Of a stretch of 64,000 nt of DNA, positions 19,054-27,799 are shown piece after piece. A program made the position numbers and the translations under genes. Origin of the DNA: a virus; IMG/VR virus record IMGVR_UViG_3300037137_001341, positions 52,238 to 116,237 of that record. The stretch is one strand, 5' to 3'. Below the pieces are notes generated by a model. That model did not search any database. It was not told where the DNA came from and worked only from the letters and a program-made list of their open reading frames with translations. Numbering within the stretch: position 1 is the first letter of the stretch; each line of letters begins with the position of its first letter.

Positions 19054-20163
19054 TCAGGTCAGACGGACCGGACCAGGCGGCTGGATGATCTTGAACCCGT
19101 GCAGCCCGATGAAGAGGAGGCCATCGGGCAGGCGCGTGATCGGATCGACCGTCGCCGTCTGGTTCAGCGGATCCACGACGCCCTCATGGACGTCGTACTG
19201 GCTGCCCAGGAACGGGTAGAGCCCGCCGGCCGCGAAGCCGGAGGCGTTGCCCGCGGGCGGGTTGTTCACGTGCGTCGGCTGCACCTTCCACTGGACCGTC
19301 TCGCCACGCTCGAAGAAGTCGAGCGCGCCCAGCTGGAAGGGGCTGTTGATGCTGTCCGAGTAGAACGCCGAGGGCACCGGGTCGTTCGACCGCGGGTAGC
19401 CGGCGCCCTGGTTCAGCATCGTGATGACCGCGTCGAACTCCATCGAGCGGAAGGACGAGTGGTTCGAGGGGCTCGCGTAGATCGGCGCGCCCGTGCCCGG
19501 CGCCGCGATGCCGGTGATCGGCTGGTAGCCCGCCGCGCCGTCGTTCAAGTCCCAGGCCGAGTGGATCGGCCGGAAGCGACCGAACGAACGTCCCTGGAAC
19601 GCCGCCTGCGCCTGCGACACAGGATCGCGGGCCGCGAACTGGAAGGCCGACTGGAAGGCCGCGAACCGCGCAACGGCCACGAACGGGCCGTCCTGCGAGA
19701 TCGTCTTCGTGCCCTGCTGCTCCGAGATCGTGTTCGACCCGATGGGGATCGTCACGAGGAGGTCGAACGGAACCCGCCGGCCCGGGATCGACTCGATGTA
19801 CCGGACGTGATCGTTCACGTTGCCGTTACCGAAGCCGTTCCCGTTGCTCTTGCCCTCGACGCCCTGCAAGGCGTTCGCGAGGTTCTGCAAGTCGCGCGTG
19901 TTGCGCTCCAGCGCCTGACGAAGCAGCGCGGTGTCGCCCTGGTTCGCCTTCGCCATGTCCGCGGCCTGGCGCGCCTGGCCCGCCGCGTACCCAGCCTGCT
20001 GCTGCAGCTGAGCGAGGATCTGATTGAGGTCTGCCACTGTCTTGTGCCTCCGGTTAGGAGTACCGGACGGGAACCCAGGGTACATGCCCCAAGCGTCCCA
20101 GTCCGTGCCATCGGTCAGATTCAGGCCCGGCCCCAGGTCGCCCCAGGGCCGGTCCGCGCTCAC
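19054..20163 (-). CDS. Putative capsid protein (coiled-coil N-arm + jelly-roll-like domain)
   Basis: Helical Q/A-rich N-part, beta-rich C-part ending LFIGLHGFKI; alternative start at 20085. Confidence 0.5.
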   Translation of the reverse strand: MSADRPWGDLGPGLNLTDGTDWDAWGMYPGFPSGTPNRRHKTVADLNQILAQLQQQAGYAAGQARQAADMAKANQGDTALLRQALERNTRDLQNLANALQGVEGKSNGNGFGNGNVNDHVRYIESIPGRRVPFDLLVTIPIGSNTISEQQGTKTISQDGPFVAVARFAAFQSAFQFAARDPVSQAQAAFQGRSFGRFRPIHSAWDLNDGAAGYQPITGIAAPGTGAPIYASPSNHSSFRSMEFDAVITMLNQGAGYPRSNDPVPSAFYSDSINSPFQLGALDFFERGETVQWKVQPTHVNNPPAGNASGFAAGGLYPFLGSQYDVHEGVVDPLNQTATVDPITRLPDGLLFIGLHGFKIIQPPGPVRLT

Positions 20164-20171
20164 TGAGACGT

Positions 20172-20206
20172 CCAGTGACTCACAGGCAAGTGCCCGGAAT
20201 CACTGG
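20172..20206 (-). terminator. Stem-loop downstream of the putative major capsid gene
   Basis: CCAGTGATTC/GAGTCACTGG outer stem, inner CGGGCA/TGCCTG; no U-tract. Confidence 0.4.
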
Positions 20207-20212
20207 GCTTTC

Positions 20213-20992
20213 TCACTGAACGTCGCGCGCGAAGAGACCGTCGAAGGTGAATTGGATCACCTTGTTGATGCCGTCCACGGCGTTCAGGTTGCTCTGGAGG
20301 GACAGGTAGTTCCGTCCCTGGGGACCGTTGGTCATCCCCGCGAGCACGCCGTTGCCGCCGTCCGGCAGCGGCAGGATCTGCGCCGTGCAAAGCACGTTCT
20401 GCCGTGGTGGCAGGAGAATCGCGCGGGCGAGGCGCAAAATCGCAGTGTGGTCCGGCGTCCCGTTGTTGAAGTGGATCAGATCCGAGGATCCGCCGAGGTC
20501 GCCCCAGAGGCCGCCGCCGTCCGGGAAGTACTTCGTGGCCATGTTCGAGATCGAGTTCTTCTCGCCCGTCCCATAGCTCCAGTGCAACTGCTCTTCGGCT
20601 TGCCAGTAAAGCCGATAGACGTCTTCGATCGAGCCCGGGTACTGCCCCGCGCCGGGCCCACCGGGGTTCGCGAAGAAGTTCGCCGCGCCGTCCTGGGAGA
20701 AGTCGCCGTTCTGCTTGATGTTGCCGTTCGCAGGACCGGTCGCCCGGATCTGCGGGTTGCGGAACCACGTGAACACGCGCAGGGCGAGCGTCACGTGCGA
20801 CTGGTCGGACGGCAGGGTCGAACCGTTCTGGAGGTTCGTCAGCGCGTTCGGGTCGTCGATGCGCTGCTGGTTCGAGAACAGCTTCTGCGTCGCGTTGACG
20901 GGGTTGATGTTGCCACCGAGCCCGCTGGTGCGGATCAGGGTGTCGTAGAAGGGCTGGTGCACACGCTCGCGGACGTTCGTCAGCTTTGCCAT
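20213..20992 (-). CDS. Putative major capsid protein (jelly-roll type)
   Basis: 259 aa, soluble, beta-rich, N/G-rich; QPFYDT, TNLQNGSTLP, C-terminal IQFTFDGLFARDVQ; strong AAGGAG RBS; directly downstream of the core protein. Confidence 0.6.
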   Translation of the reverse strand: MAKLTNVRERVHQPFYDTLIRTSGLGGNINPVNATQKLFSNQQRIDDPNALTNLQNGSTLPSDQSHVTLALRVFTWFRNPQIRATGPANGNIKQNGDFSQDGAANFFANPGGPGAGQYPGSIEDVYRLYWQAEEQLHWSYGTGEKNSISNMATKYFPDGGGLWGDLGGSSDLIHFNNGTPDHTAILRLARAILLPPRQNVLCTAQILPLPDGGNGVLAGMTNGPQGRNYLSLQSNLNAVDGINKVIQFTFDGLFARDVQ

Positions 20993-21082
20993 GGAAATCT
21001 CCTTGAGAGATGGGTGGGTGACCCCGGGACCGTTTTGTAAGGGTGTCGTCCCTTGTTTCCCGAAGTCGGTTCTAACGCCCCG

Positions 21083-21129
21083 CGCCCCGGGGTCTGCTGC
21101 GTGGGATGCACGCAGCGCCTACCGGGGCG
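21083..21129 (-). other. Nested stem-loop in the intergenic region before the capsid gene
   Basis: cgccccgg(21083)/ccggggcg(21122) enclosing gctgcgtg(21096)/cacgcagc(21109). Confidence 0.6.
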
Positions 21130-21147
21130 AGAGGAGAGAGGAAGTGA

Positions 21148-23661
21148 TCAGCCGCCGCTGAGCACCCCGTTCCCACCAGGACCCTGGAGGATCCCCGCGG
21201 GAAGCTCGGACTCCGTGTAGTGCGCGTCCGCAGAGGTCGTCCCGGCCCAGAGAGGACCGTTCGGGATCCACTGCGACTGCGTCGGCACGGTGCTCTCCGC
21301 GAACCCGCCGTTGCTCGGCGAGGCCGTGAAGAACTCACCGAGCCCCGCAGCAGCCTGCCCAGCGACCGCCTGCGTCGCGCCCTGACCCAGTCCAGCAGCC
21401 GACTCGGCGAGATCCAGGATCTGATCCAGGTTCGCGTCGGGACGGATGCCGTCGTCGATGGGAAGCTGCCCCATGTGCGAACGACCGGGCATGAGGGCGA
21501 GCGGGCCGGCCTTCTCGTAGAATCCCACTCCCTGGGTGCCGGGACCAGCGAAGTACTCGCCCACGCCCGAGGCGGGCTTGAAGTACTCGCCCACGCCGGC
21601 GTGCGCCTGCGTGAACTGCGGTGCCTGCCCGATCGATGCGTACTGGGGCATGATCGAGTGAGCGTTCTTTGCGATGCCGAGGCCTCGCAGGTGACGCGGC
21701 TGGTAGCGACCCGAACCGCGCAGCGCGGATGCCCGGCTGTTCGAGTAGCCGTCGAGGTACGAGAGCACCTGCGGCTGGTTGGCCGCAGTGAGTGCCGTCC
21801 GAACGAAGGACTCCAGGAAGGAGACCATCATACCGGCCGACACCGCCATCCTGGTCTCGACCTTGACGGCCTTGACCATGGACATGCCCGCGATGCCCAC
21901 GCCACCGATGACGAGGCCCGTGATGGGCTTCTGCCAGGTCGCGATGATCGACTGCTTGCCGTTGGAATCGACGACCGCCATGCCCGCGAACGTGGTGCCG
22001 TCAGCCGACGTCAGCGCCTTCACTGCCGCGCCCGTGAGGGCTCGGTGCGCGAAGAAGCCGATGAGGATGAGGCCGCCCGTCTTGAGCAGCGCCGTCATGT
22101 CCCCGGCGAACCCGTTCTTGAGGTACCGGTTCGCGTGAAGCCGACGACCGAGCCCGTGACGGCGATGACGCCTGCTGTGGCGCCGACGCCGGCTGTTCTC
22201 CTCGTAGTGCCTGTTCCGCACGAGGTACAGGCCGCGCTTCAGACGGCGGACCTTCCGACGACCGATGCGACGCGGCACTCCACGCACGCGACGGGACTTG
22301 CTCTTGCGCTTCGCGACCTTGCGCTTGCCGCGCTTCTTGCCGCCCTTGCCCTTGGCCTTGCGCGTACGCCACGCCTTCCGCGCAGCGGCTGCACGCTTGG
22401 TGCTCTTGCGCTTCCCCTTGCGCTTCGCGACCTTGCGCTTGCCGCGCTTCTTGCCGCCCTTGCCCTTGGCCTTGCGTGTACGCCACGCCTTCCGCGCAGC
22501 GGCTGCACGCTTGGTGCTCTTGCGCTTCCCGCTCTTGCGGGACTTCGCCTTCTTCTTCTTCTTTCTCGCCTTGGCCATTCTCTTCGCTCCCGCGTTGGGT
22601 GTGAACGCATCCATGCCTCGCTCGACACGAGCGGCAGCAGCCTTGCGGCGCTTCGCGATCCGATCGCGCGCCTTCTTGTACGCCTCGACGTTCTTGTAGT
22701 CCTTGGCGCTGATCGCCCCCGCGATTGCCCACTCGGGGATCTTGCGGAGCCGCTTGCCCTTGCGGGTCATGTAGCTCAGCCCCCGCGCGCCCCGGCGCGG
22801 GTTGTAGAGGCTCGCCCGACGGAACGGACCGTAGGCCACGCGCGCCCGGTGCCCGCTCTTGGAGGTCTTCGACTGCTTCGGCCACTTGGACTTCACGGCC
22901 TTGCGGTGCCGCTTCGCCACGTTCGCCGGCAGCATCCGCTTCGCCTCGCGGATCTTCTCTTTCTCGGCCCGGATCTTCAGCCGCTCGATGGCCTTGTTCT
23001 CGCGCTGCACCGCCTTCTCGGCCTGCGTCTTCGCGCGCTCCATCGCCTTCCCCGCCGCCTTGATCCGCTTCTCGGCCGCCTTGATCCGCTTCTCGGCCGC
23101 CTTCACGGTCTTCGACGCGCGCTTGCGCTTGGCCGGAGTCGACGTGGCCGCCGCACCGCGACGCCCCGACGCCTCCTGCCAGTGCTGCCACGGAGTCTTG
23201 CGTGGAGAAGATGAGGAGGAAGCAGCAGCGCGACCCTTCCCGAAGGTGGCCTCGTGAGAGGCCTCGTAGGCCTCCCGCTGCGCCTTGGTCTGCCGCTTGG
23301 ACAGATTGCGCCGGAGCCCGCGCTTCCGCGTGCGACCGCCACCTGCTGCGCGACGGTTTTCCTGCATGCGCCGCACGAAGGCGGCGCGGTGAACTCCGTT
23401 CGATGACATTGCCATGCTTCCGCTCCTGTTGGCCATGAGGCGCCGAGCGCGAGCAACGCGCTCGGCGCGGGACAGACCGTGGACTGCGCTGCGAGCGGAG
23501 TGGGCACGCGCATAGGCCCCGGGGCCATTCACCGCCGAGAGCGTCGTGACGCCCATGGGGTTCGGCCGGTAGCTGCCGGCGTTCGGCCGCGCCATGCGGT
23601 ACGCGCCCACATCCGCCTTGCGGATGGGGAACGCGCGACCGATTGCTTTGCGACTTGCCAC
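21148..23661 (-). CDS. Very basic, membrane-anchored putative core/DNA-condensing precursor protein
   Basis: About 510 aa K/R/A-rich N-part, three hydrophobic segments, C-part with GVGEYF/GLGEFF repeats. Confidence 0.8.
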   Translation of the reverse strand: MASRKAIGRAFPIRKADVGAYRMARPNAGSYRPNPMGVTTLSAVNGPGAYARAHSARSAVHGLSRAERVARARRLMANRSGSMAMSSNGVHRAAFVRRMQENRRAAGGGRTRKRGLRRNLSKRQTKAQREAYEASHEATFGKGRAAASSSSSPRKTPWQHWQEASGRRGAAATSTPAKRKRASKTVKAAEKRIKAAEKRIKAAGKAMERAKTQAEKAVQRENKAIERLKIRAEKEKIREAKRMLPANVAKRHRKAVKSKWPKQSKTSKSGHRARVAYGPFRRASLYNPRRGARGLSYMTRKGKRLRKIPEWAIAGAISAKDYKNVEAYKKARDRIAKRRKAAAARVERGMDAFTPNAGAKRMAKARKKKKKAKSRKSGKRKSTKRAAAARKAWRTRKAKGKGGKKRGKRKVAKRKGKRKSTKRAAAARKAWRTRKAKGKGGKKRGKRKVAKRKSKSRRVRGVPRRIGRRKVRRLKRGLYLVRNRHYEENSRRRRHSRRHRRHGLGRRLHANRYLKNGFAGDMTALLKTGGLILIGFFAHRALTGAAVKALTSADGTTFAGMAVVDSNGKQSIIATWQKPITGLVIGGVGIAGMSMVKAVKVETRMAVSAGMMVSFLESFVRTALTAANQPQVLSYLDGYSNSRASALRGSGRYQPRHLRGLGIAKNAHSIMPQYASIGQAPQFTQAHAGVGEYFKPASGVGEYFAGPGTQGVGFYEKAGPLALMPGRSHMGQLPIDDGIRPDANLDQILDLAESAAGLGQGATQAVAGQAAAGLGEFFTASPSNGGFAESTVPTQSQWIPNGPLWAGTTSADAHYTESELPAGILQGPGGNGVLSGG
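22303..22530 (-). repeat. 114-bp tandem duplication encoding a 38-aa basic repeat
   Basis: KRKSTKRAAAARKAWRTRKAKGKGGKKRGKRKVAKRK twice; copies at 22303 and 22417. Confidence 0.95.
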
Positions 23662-23730
23662 TCTTCTCGACTCTTCTCGGCGGATCTGTGATCCGGCGAG
23701 GCGTCGGGAAGGCGCCCTGCGAACTCTTGA

Positions 23731-23759
23731 AAGCTACCGAGAGGATGTCCCTACGTCAA
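23731..23759 (-). promoter_or_regulatory. Sigma70-type promoter of the core/capsid operon
   Basis: TTGACG-17nt-TAGCTT. Confidence 0.65.
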
Positions 23760-23793
23760 GGAAAAGCGTTTCTCCTGGGTTTTCCCCGAGAGT

Positions 23794-24108
23794 ATGCTCC
23801 AGCTGGCCATGCTCGCGCCCCCACACGGACCGACGGCTGCGCGCCCCCTGCATCTGGCGTACCCGGAGGTTTTTGCTGGACTCGGAGAGAGCCAAAATCC
23901 CGCCGGAACCGCGATGCACGCGGTGTCCTGGTCCACAGGCTCGATCGTCATCGACACCATGATCGGCGGCGCGGCCGGCTACGCCCTCTCTCCGTCCCCC
24001 GGGGACCGATGGAAGTGGGCCCTCGGGGGGGGAGCAGCGACCGGGCTCGCCGGGGTGTTCGGGTTGCTCGCCACGGCTGGATTCAGCTACGTGCGGCGAC
24101 GTCGATGA
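23794..24108 (+). CDS. Small membrane protein, similar to 33922-34317
   Basis: FAGLGES; AGYALSPS..DRWKW...GVFGL; RRRR tail; start may be 23809. Confidence 0.7.
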   Translation: MLQLAMLAPPHGPTAARPLHLAYPEVFAGLGESQNPAGTAMHAVSWSTGSIVIDTMIGGAAGYALSPSPGDRWKWALGGGAATGLAGVFGLLATAGFSYVRRRR

Positions 24109-25172
24109 ACATTCTGTACGGCGTGTGCGGCGACGGGATGGGGCACGCGATGCGCTCTGCGGTGCTGGCCCATCACCTGGAGAACGCCGGGCACGAGATC
24201 ACGTTCGTGTCGAACGACGGGGCGCTCAAGTACTTGCGTCGGCGAACGAAGCGGCAGCCGATCGAGGTCATCGGGATGCACTCCAAGATCACGCGCAACG
24301 TCGTCTCTCCATTCGGCACGCTCGTGGCCAACGCGCTCCGCCAAAGCAAGGGCGTGTGGGGGAATATGCTGGCGTCCATGGAGATGGTGACGAAGCTGCC
24401 GGACGTCGTCATCACGGACTTCGAGCCGACGACGGCGCACTACGCGCTCACGATGTCGAAGCCGCTCATCGCCGTGGACAACGTCCACTTCCTGAACCAC
24501 TGCACGCACCCCGCATCGTTGATCAACAGCGATTACTCCGCAGCCGCCTTCATGTACGAGGTCTGCGAGAACCTCATCCCGACGGCGCGGCGGTATCTCG
24601 TTACGACCTTCGCACAAGCCCCGGTCTTGCGGCCCACCACCACGCTGCATCTTCCGATCCTTCGAGAAGAGATCCTCTCTGCCAAAGATTCCGCATCATG
24701 TGGCGAGCACGTCGTGGCCTACTTCAACGACAAGGCGGACCACGCGATGCTCGCCCGCGTGTTCCAGAAGGCCAGCGCGCCGATCTTTCTCTACGGGAAG
24801 GCTTCGCAGAAACACCGGAAACAGGAAGGCAACGTCACGTTCTGCCCGTTCTCGGACGAGGCGTTCATTCAGGACGTGGCTTCCTCGCGCGCCGTCATCG
24901 GCGGCTCCGGGTTCACGTTTATGACCGAGGCGATCTTCCTCGGGAAACCGATGTTTGCGCTTCCGTACGAGATGCAGTTCGAGCAGATCCTGAACGCGAA
25001 CTACCTGGAGGCGCTAGGATACGGGGAGCGCTGCAGGCACATGACGCCAGAATCCCTCCGCTCGTTCCTGGACAACGTCCCCCGCTACACGGAGAAGCTC
25101 CAGGAGTTTCGTCACGACGGGAACGCTGACCTGTTCGCGTCCGTTGAACGAGCGCTGCAGGAGGTTGCGTGA
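24105..25172 (+). CDS. Glycosyltransferase, GT-B (GT1/GT28-like, MJ1255 type)
   Basis: MNILYGVCGDGMGHAMRS, ITDFEP, GGSGF..TEA..LGKP...QFEQILNA. Confidence 0.9.
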   Translation: MNILYGVCGDGMGHAMRSAVLAHHLENAGHEITFVSNDGALKYLRRRTKRQPIEVIGMHSKITRNVVSPFGTLVANALRQSKGVWGNMLASMEMVTKLPDVVITDFEPTTAHYALTMSKPLIAVDNVHFLNHCTHPASLINSDYSAAAFMYEVCENLIPTARRYLVTTFAQAPVLRPTTTLHLPILREEILSAKDSASCGEHVVAYFNDKADHAMLARVFQKASAPIFLYGKASQKHRKQEGNVTFCPFSDEAFIQDVASSRAVIGGSGFTFMTEAIFLGKPMFALPYEMQFEQILNANYLEALGYGERCRHMTPESLRSFLDNVPRYTEKLQEFRHDGNADLFASVERALQEVA

Positions 25173-25900
25173 CCCGCATCGCGCACCTGACGGACATGCA
25201 CCTGGACGGCGGGTACGAGCGCCGCGCTCGACTCGATAAAGCCATCGCGCATGCCGCGCAGCTGGGATCGCAGCATCTGCTTCTCACCGGCGATCTCACC
25301 GAGTCAGGAAGCCTCAGAGAGTTCGAGGACATCGCTGACGCGCTTCACGGCTGGCCCACCAACGCGGTTACGATCGTGCCAGGCAATCACGACGGGCACC
25401 CCGCTCGCTGGCGCGAGGCCCTCAACGGTCCGCTGCAGGAGTTCCGACTCACCAGCACCCCCGGGATGGTCACCGATGTTGGGGACGCCGTGATCGTACC
25501 GGTCTCGACACAGATCGGCAGCCGGGCTCCGTTGTTCTGGGCACTCGGGCATGTGAGCGCAGCGCAGGTCCGCATGCTGCACGCCGCCGCCGATGCCACA
25601 GCCGTCAGAAGGAAGGCGATGATCGTGGCGATGCACCACGGGCCGCAACTGAATCTCCTGCAGCCTCTCGACGGCCTCACGAACCGGCACGCCATCGGCG
25701 CGCTCGTGAAGAAGCATCCTCACGTGTGGCTTTGCTGCGGACATGACCATCGCGCCCTGGACCTGGGGCATGTGTTCGTGGCCGCCAGCGTGGCGGGACA
25801 TGACGACCCTCTGCGCGTCTATGACGTTCGCGGGCCGCAGCTGGCGCCGGTCTACAAGAGCGGGAAGAGTGGCTCGTACTTCGACTGGCTAGGTCTGTAG
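25169..25900 (+). CDS. Calcineurin-like metallophosphoesterase
   Basis: DxH, TGDLT, PGNHD, HH, GHDH motifs. Confidence 0.92.
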   Translation: MTRIAHLTDMHLDGGYERRARLDKAIAHAAQLGSQHLLLTGDLTESGSLREFEDIADALHGWPTNAVTIVPGNHDGHPARWREALNGPLQEFRLTSTPGMVTDVGDAVIVPVSTQIGSRAPLFWALGHVSAAQVRMLHAAADATAVRRKAMIVAMHHGPQLNLLQPLDGLTNRHAIGALVKKHPHVWLCCGHDHRALDLGHVFVAASVAGHDDPLRVYDVRGPQLAPVYKSGKSGSYFDWLGL

Positions 25901-26155
25901 ATTCTGCTTCTGGTTGTGGCTCACGACCCAGGTCAGCACGAACGCCTCGATTGCGAGCGCCGCTCCGAACGAACGGACCCAGAGACGAGGGTGCTCGTCC
26001 CCCGCGAGGAATCGAAGGCCGCCCGCAATCAGGATCGTGCGGCCTGCAACGCTGATCGCGATGTCGCGCAGAGCCGTCGGCTTGCCGTCTACAAGCCCGA
26101 TCGCAGCCGCGCTCGACGGAAGCTGTCTTGGATCATCGCACGGAGACATGATCAT
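25889..26155 (-). CDS. Small membrane protein
   Basis: Two hydrophobic segments; coupled. Confidence 0.6.
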   Translation of the reverse strand: MIMSPCDDPRQLPSSAAAIGLVDGKPTALRDIAISVAGRTILIAGGLRFLAGDEHPRLWVRSFGAALAIEAFVLTWVVSHNQKQNLQT

Positions 26156-26517
26156 CTCCGCCGCCTCGTAAGCACGAACGCCGCCAGGAACGCGGCGCCC
26201 CCCGCGATGGCCACCTGGAGCCCGAGCCCTGGCCGCGCCGTCAGTGCGCCACGGGCCCGAGCCTGGAAGCATGTGACCTCGTCCCACGACGGCTTGATCT
26301 CCGGGTCACATGTATCCATCCAGTGCCGGATGTCCTCCTGCGTGTACCCGCGGCGCTCGTACGGGGCCATGAGCGCGAAGGGGATCTGCCACTCCGGGAC
26401 CTTCGCCGGGTCGACGCCTGCCTCGTGCAGCAAGATCCCGAGGTACTGATACTCGCGCTTCGCCCGCACCTCCGGCGCGTCGCGGTAGATCGGCGTGTCC
26501 ATCGTCATGGTCGCCAT
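26152..26517 (-). CDS. C-terminally anchored membrane protein
   Basis: TM + RRRR. Confidence 0.7.
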   Translation of the reverse strand: MATMTMDTPIYRDAPEVRAKREYQYLGILLHEAGVDPAKVPEWQIPFALMAPYERRGYTQEDIRHWMDTCDPEIKPSWDEVTCFQARARGALTARPGLGLQVAIAGGAAFLAAFVLTRRRR

Positions 26518-27563
26518 CAGCGTCTCCCTCGGAAGAAGTACACGCCGAGCGCAACGGCGGCCAGTGCGCCAACGGCAACGAGCACCTTCGCGCGGTTGTC
26601 CTGCGCTCGCTGGTCCGCCTCACCGAGCGCGAGGTTCATGCGCTGGCGGAAGCAGTCGGGGTCTCCGTTGCAGCCGATGACCCAATCGAGTGCCTCTACC
26701 GGCTCGACGCCACGGCTCTTCAGAGCGGCGAGCACGGTGAGGTCCGCGGCGTTCTGCGGGACGTTTAGCGCGAGATCGAGCCAGGCACGCTCCTGCACCA
26801 TCGATCCGATATACGCAGCAAGCTCGTTAAGCTCCTGCGTGCGTTCCATGTCATCGAGGCTCTCTCCAGCGGCGACTTGCTGTCGCGCTGCAGCGGCAAT
26901 CTGCGCGTGTGTCGGAGGCGGAACCGGAGCCGCGGCCGACGCCGGAGGAGGAGACAGCACCGTGCCGGGAGGAGGCTCGGCGGCAGAGACGAACTGGATC
27001 TTGTTCGCACTGTCCGTCGTCATCTTGCAGACGGCGATCGGCTGACACGGCACAGAGTCGCCGCCGAAGTTAAACCGCAGTTCGCGCTCACACCAGCCGG
27101 TCGGCGTTCCGTACGCGCGCAGCGTCGTGCTCACCGCGCTCCACGCCTCGAAGGCGTCCTGGAAGTTCTGCGCGCAGGGCGCCGGATCCTTCCTGTTGTG
27201 GAGCTTGTCCTGGACCCTTGCCGCCAAGTCGTACGCGAGCGCGCTGGCCTGCTTGTAGTCCTTGCCCGGCTTGACCCTCTGCTCCGCGATGACCGTGTTC
27301 GCTACGATGTGAGCCGCCGTGATCGCGTAGTTCAGCGGCCACACCGCGGCGACCAGCGGATCGGCAGGGATCACCACAGATGCGCCCTGGTCACCGGCAT
27401 ATGCCAGAATCGTATGGACGTCTCCCCCACCGCTGAGCATCGCCTGCGCAGTCTCGACGGCGACGCGATGTAGCTCCGCAAGCCCGGGGCCACCCCAGAG
27501 GTAGTCGTACGGTTCCGGCACCACCTGCGGGACCGGCAGTTCACCGAAGCCCCCGTAGCTCAC
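26517..27563 (-). CDS. C-terminally anchored membrane protein
   Basis: GTG start SYGGFGEL; TM + RGRR; GGAGG RBS. Confidence 0.75.
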   Translation of the reverse strand: MSYGGFGELPVPQVVPEPYDYLWGGPGLAELHRVAVETAQAMLSGGGDVHTILAYAGDQGASVVIPADPLVAAVWPLNYAITAAHIVANTVIAEQRVKPGKDYKQASALAYDLAARVQDKLHNRKDPAPCAQNFQDAFEAWSAVSTTLRAYGTPTGWCERELRFNFGGDSVPCQPIAVCKMTTDSANKIQFVSAAEPPPGTVLSPPPASAAAPVPPPTHAQIAAAARQQVAAGESLDDMERTQELNELAAYIGSMVQERAWLDLALNVPQNAADLTVLAALKSRGVEPVEALDWVIGCNGDPDCFRQRMNLALGEADQRAQDNRAKVLVAVGALAAVALGVYFFRGRR

Positions 27564-27799
27564 GACTGCCTCCAGATCATGTACCCCGACGCAACCAGGA
27601 GCCCGAGGCCGATGAACCCGACAGTCGACAGACGTACCTGCGACGTCTCCTGCTCTGAGAGCGTCTTGCTGATCTGCAACAGCTGCTTTTGCTCCAGCGT
27701 CAGCGGCTTGCAGTCGCCGTTCTCGTCCCAGGCGTAGCCGGGGCTGCATATGCCGACGCACTGGCCCTTGAAGAGCGCATGACCAGAAGCGCAGGTCAT
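27560..27799 (-). CDS. Small Cys-module membrane protein
   Basis: CASGHALFKGQCVGICSPGYAWDENGDC + TM. Confidence 0.75.
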   Translation of the reverse strand: MTCASGHALFKGQCVGICSPGYAWDENGDCKPLTLEQKQLLQISKTLSEQETSQVRLSTVGFIGLGLLVASGYMIWRQS

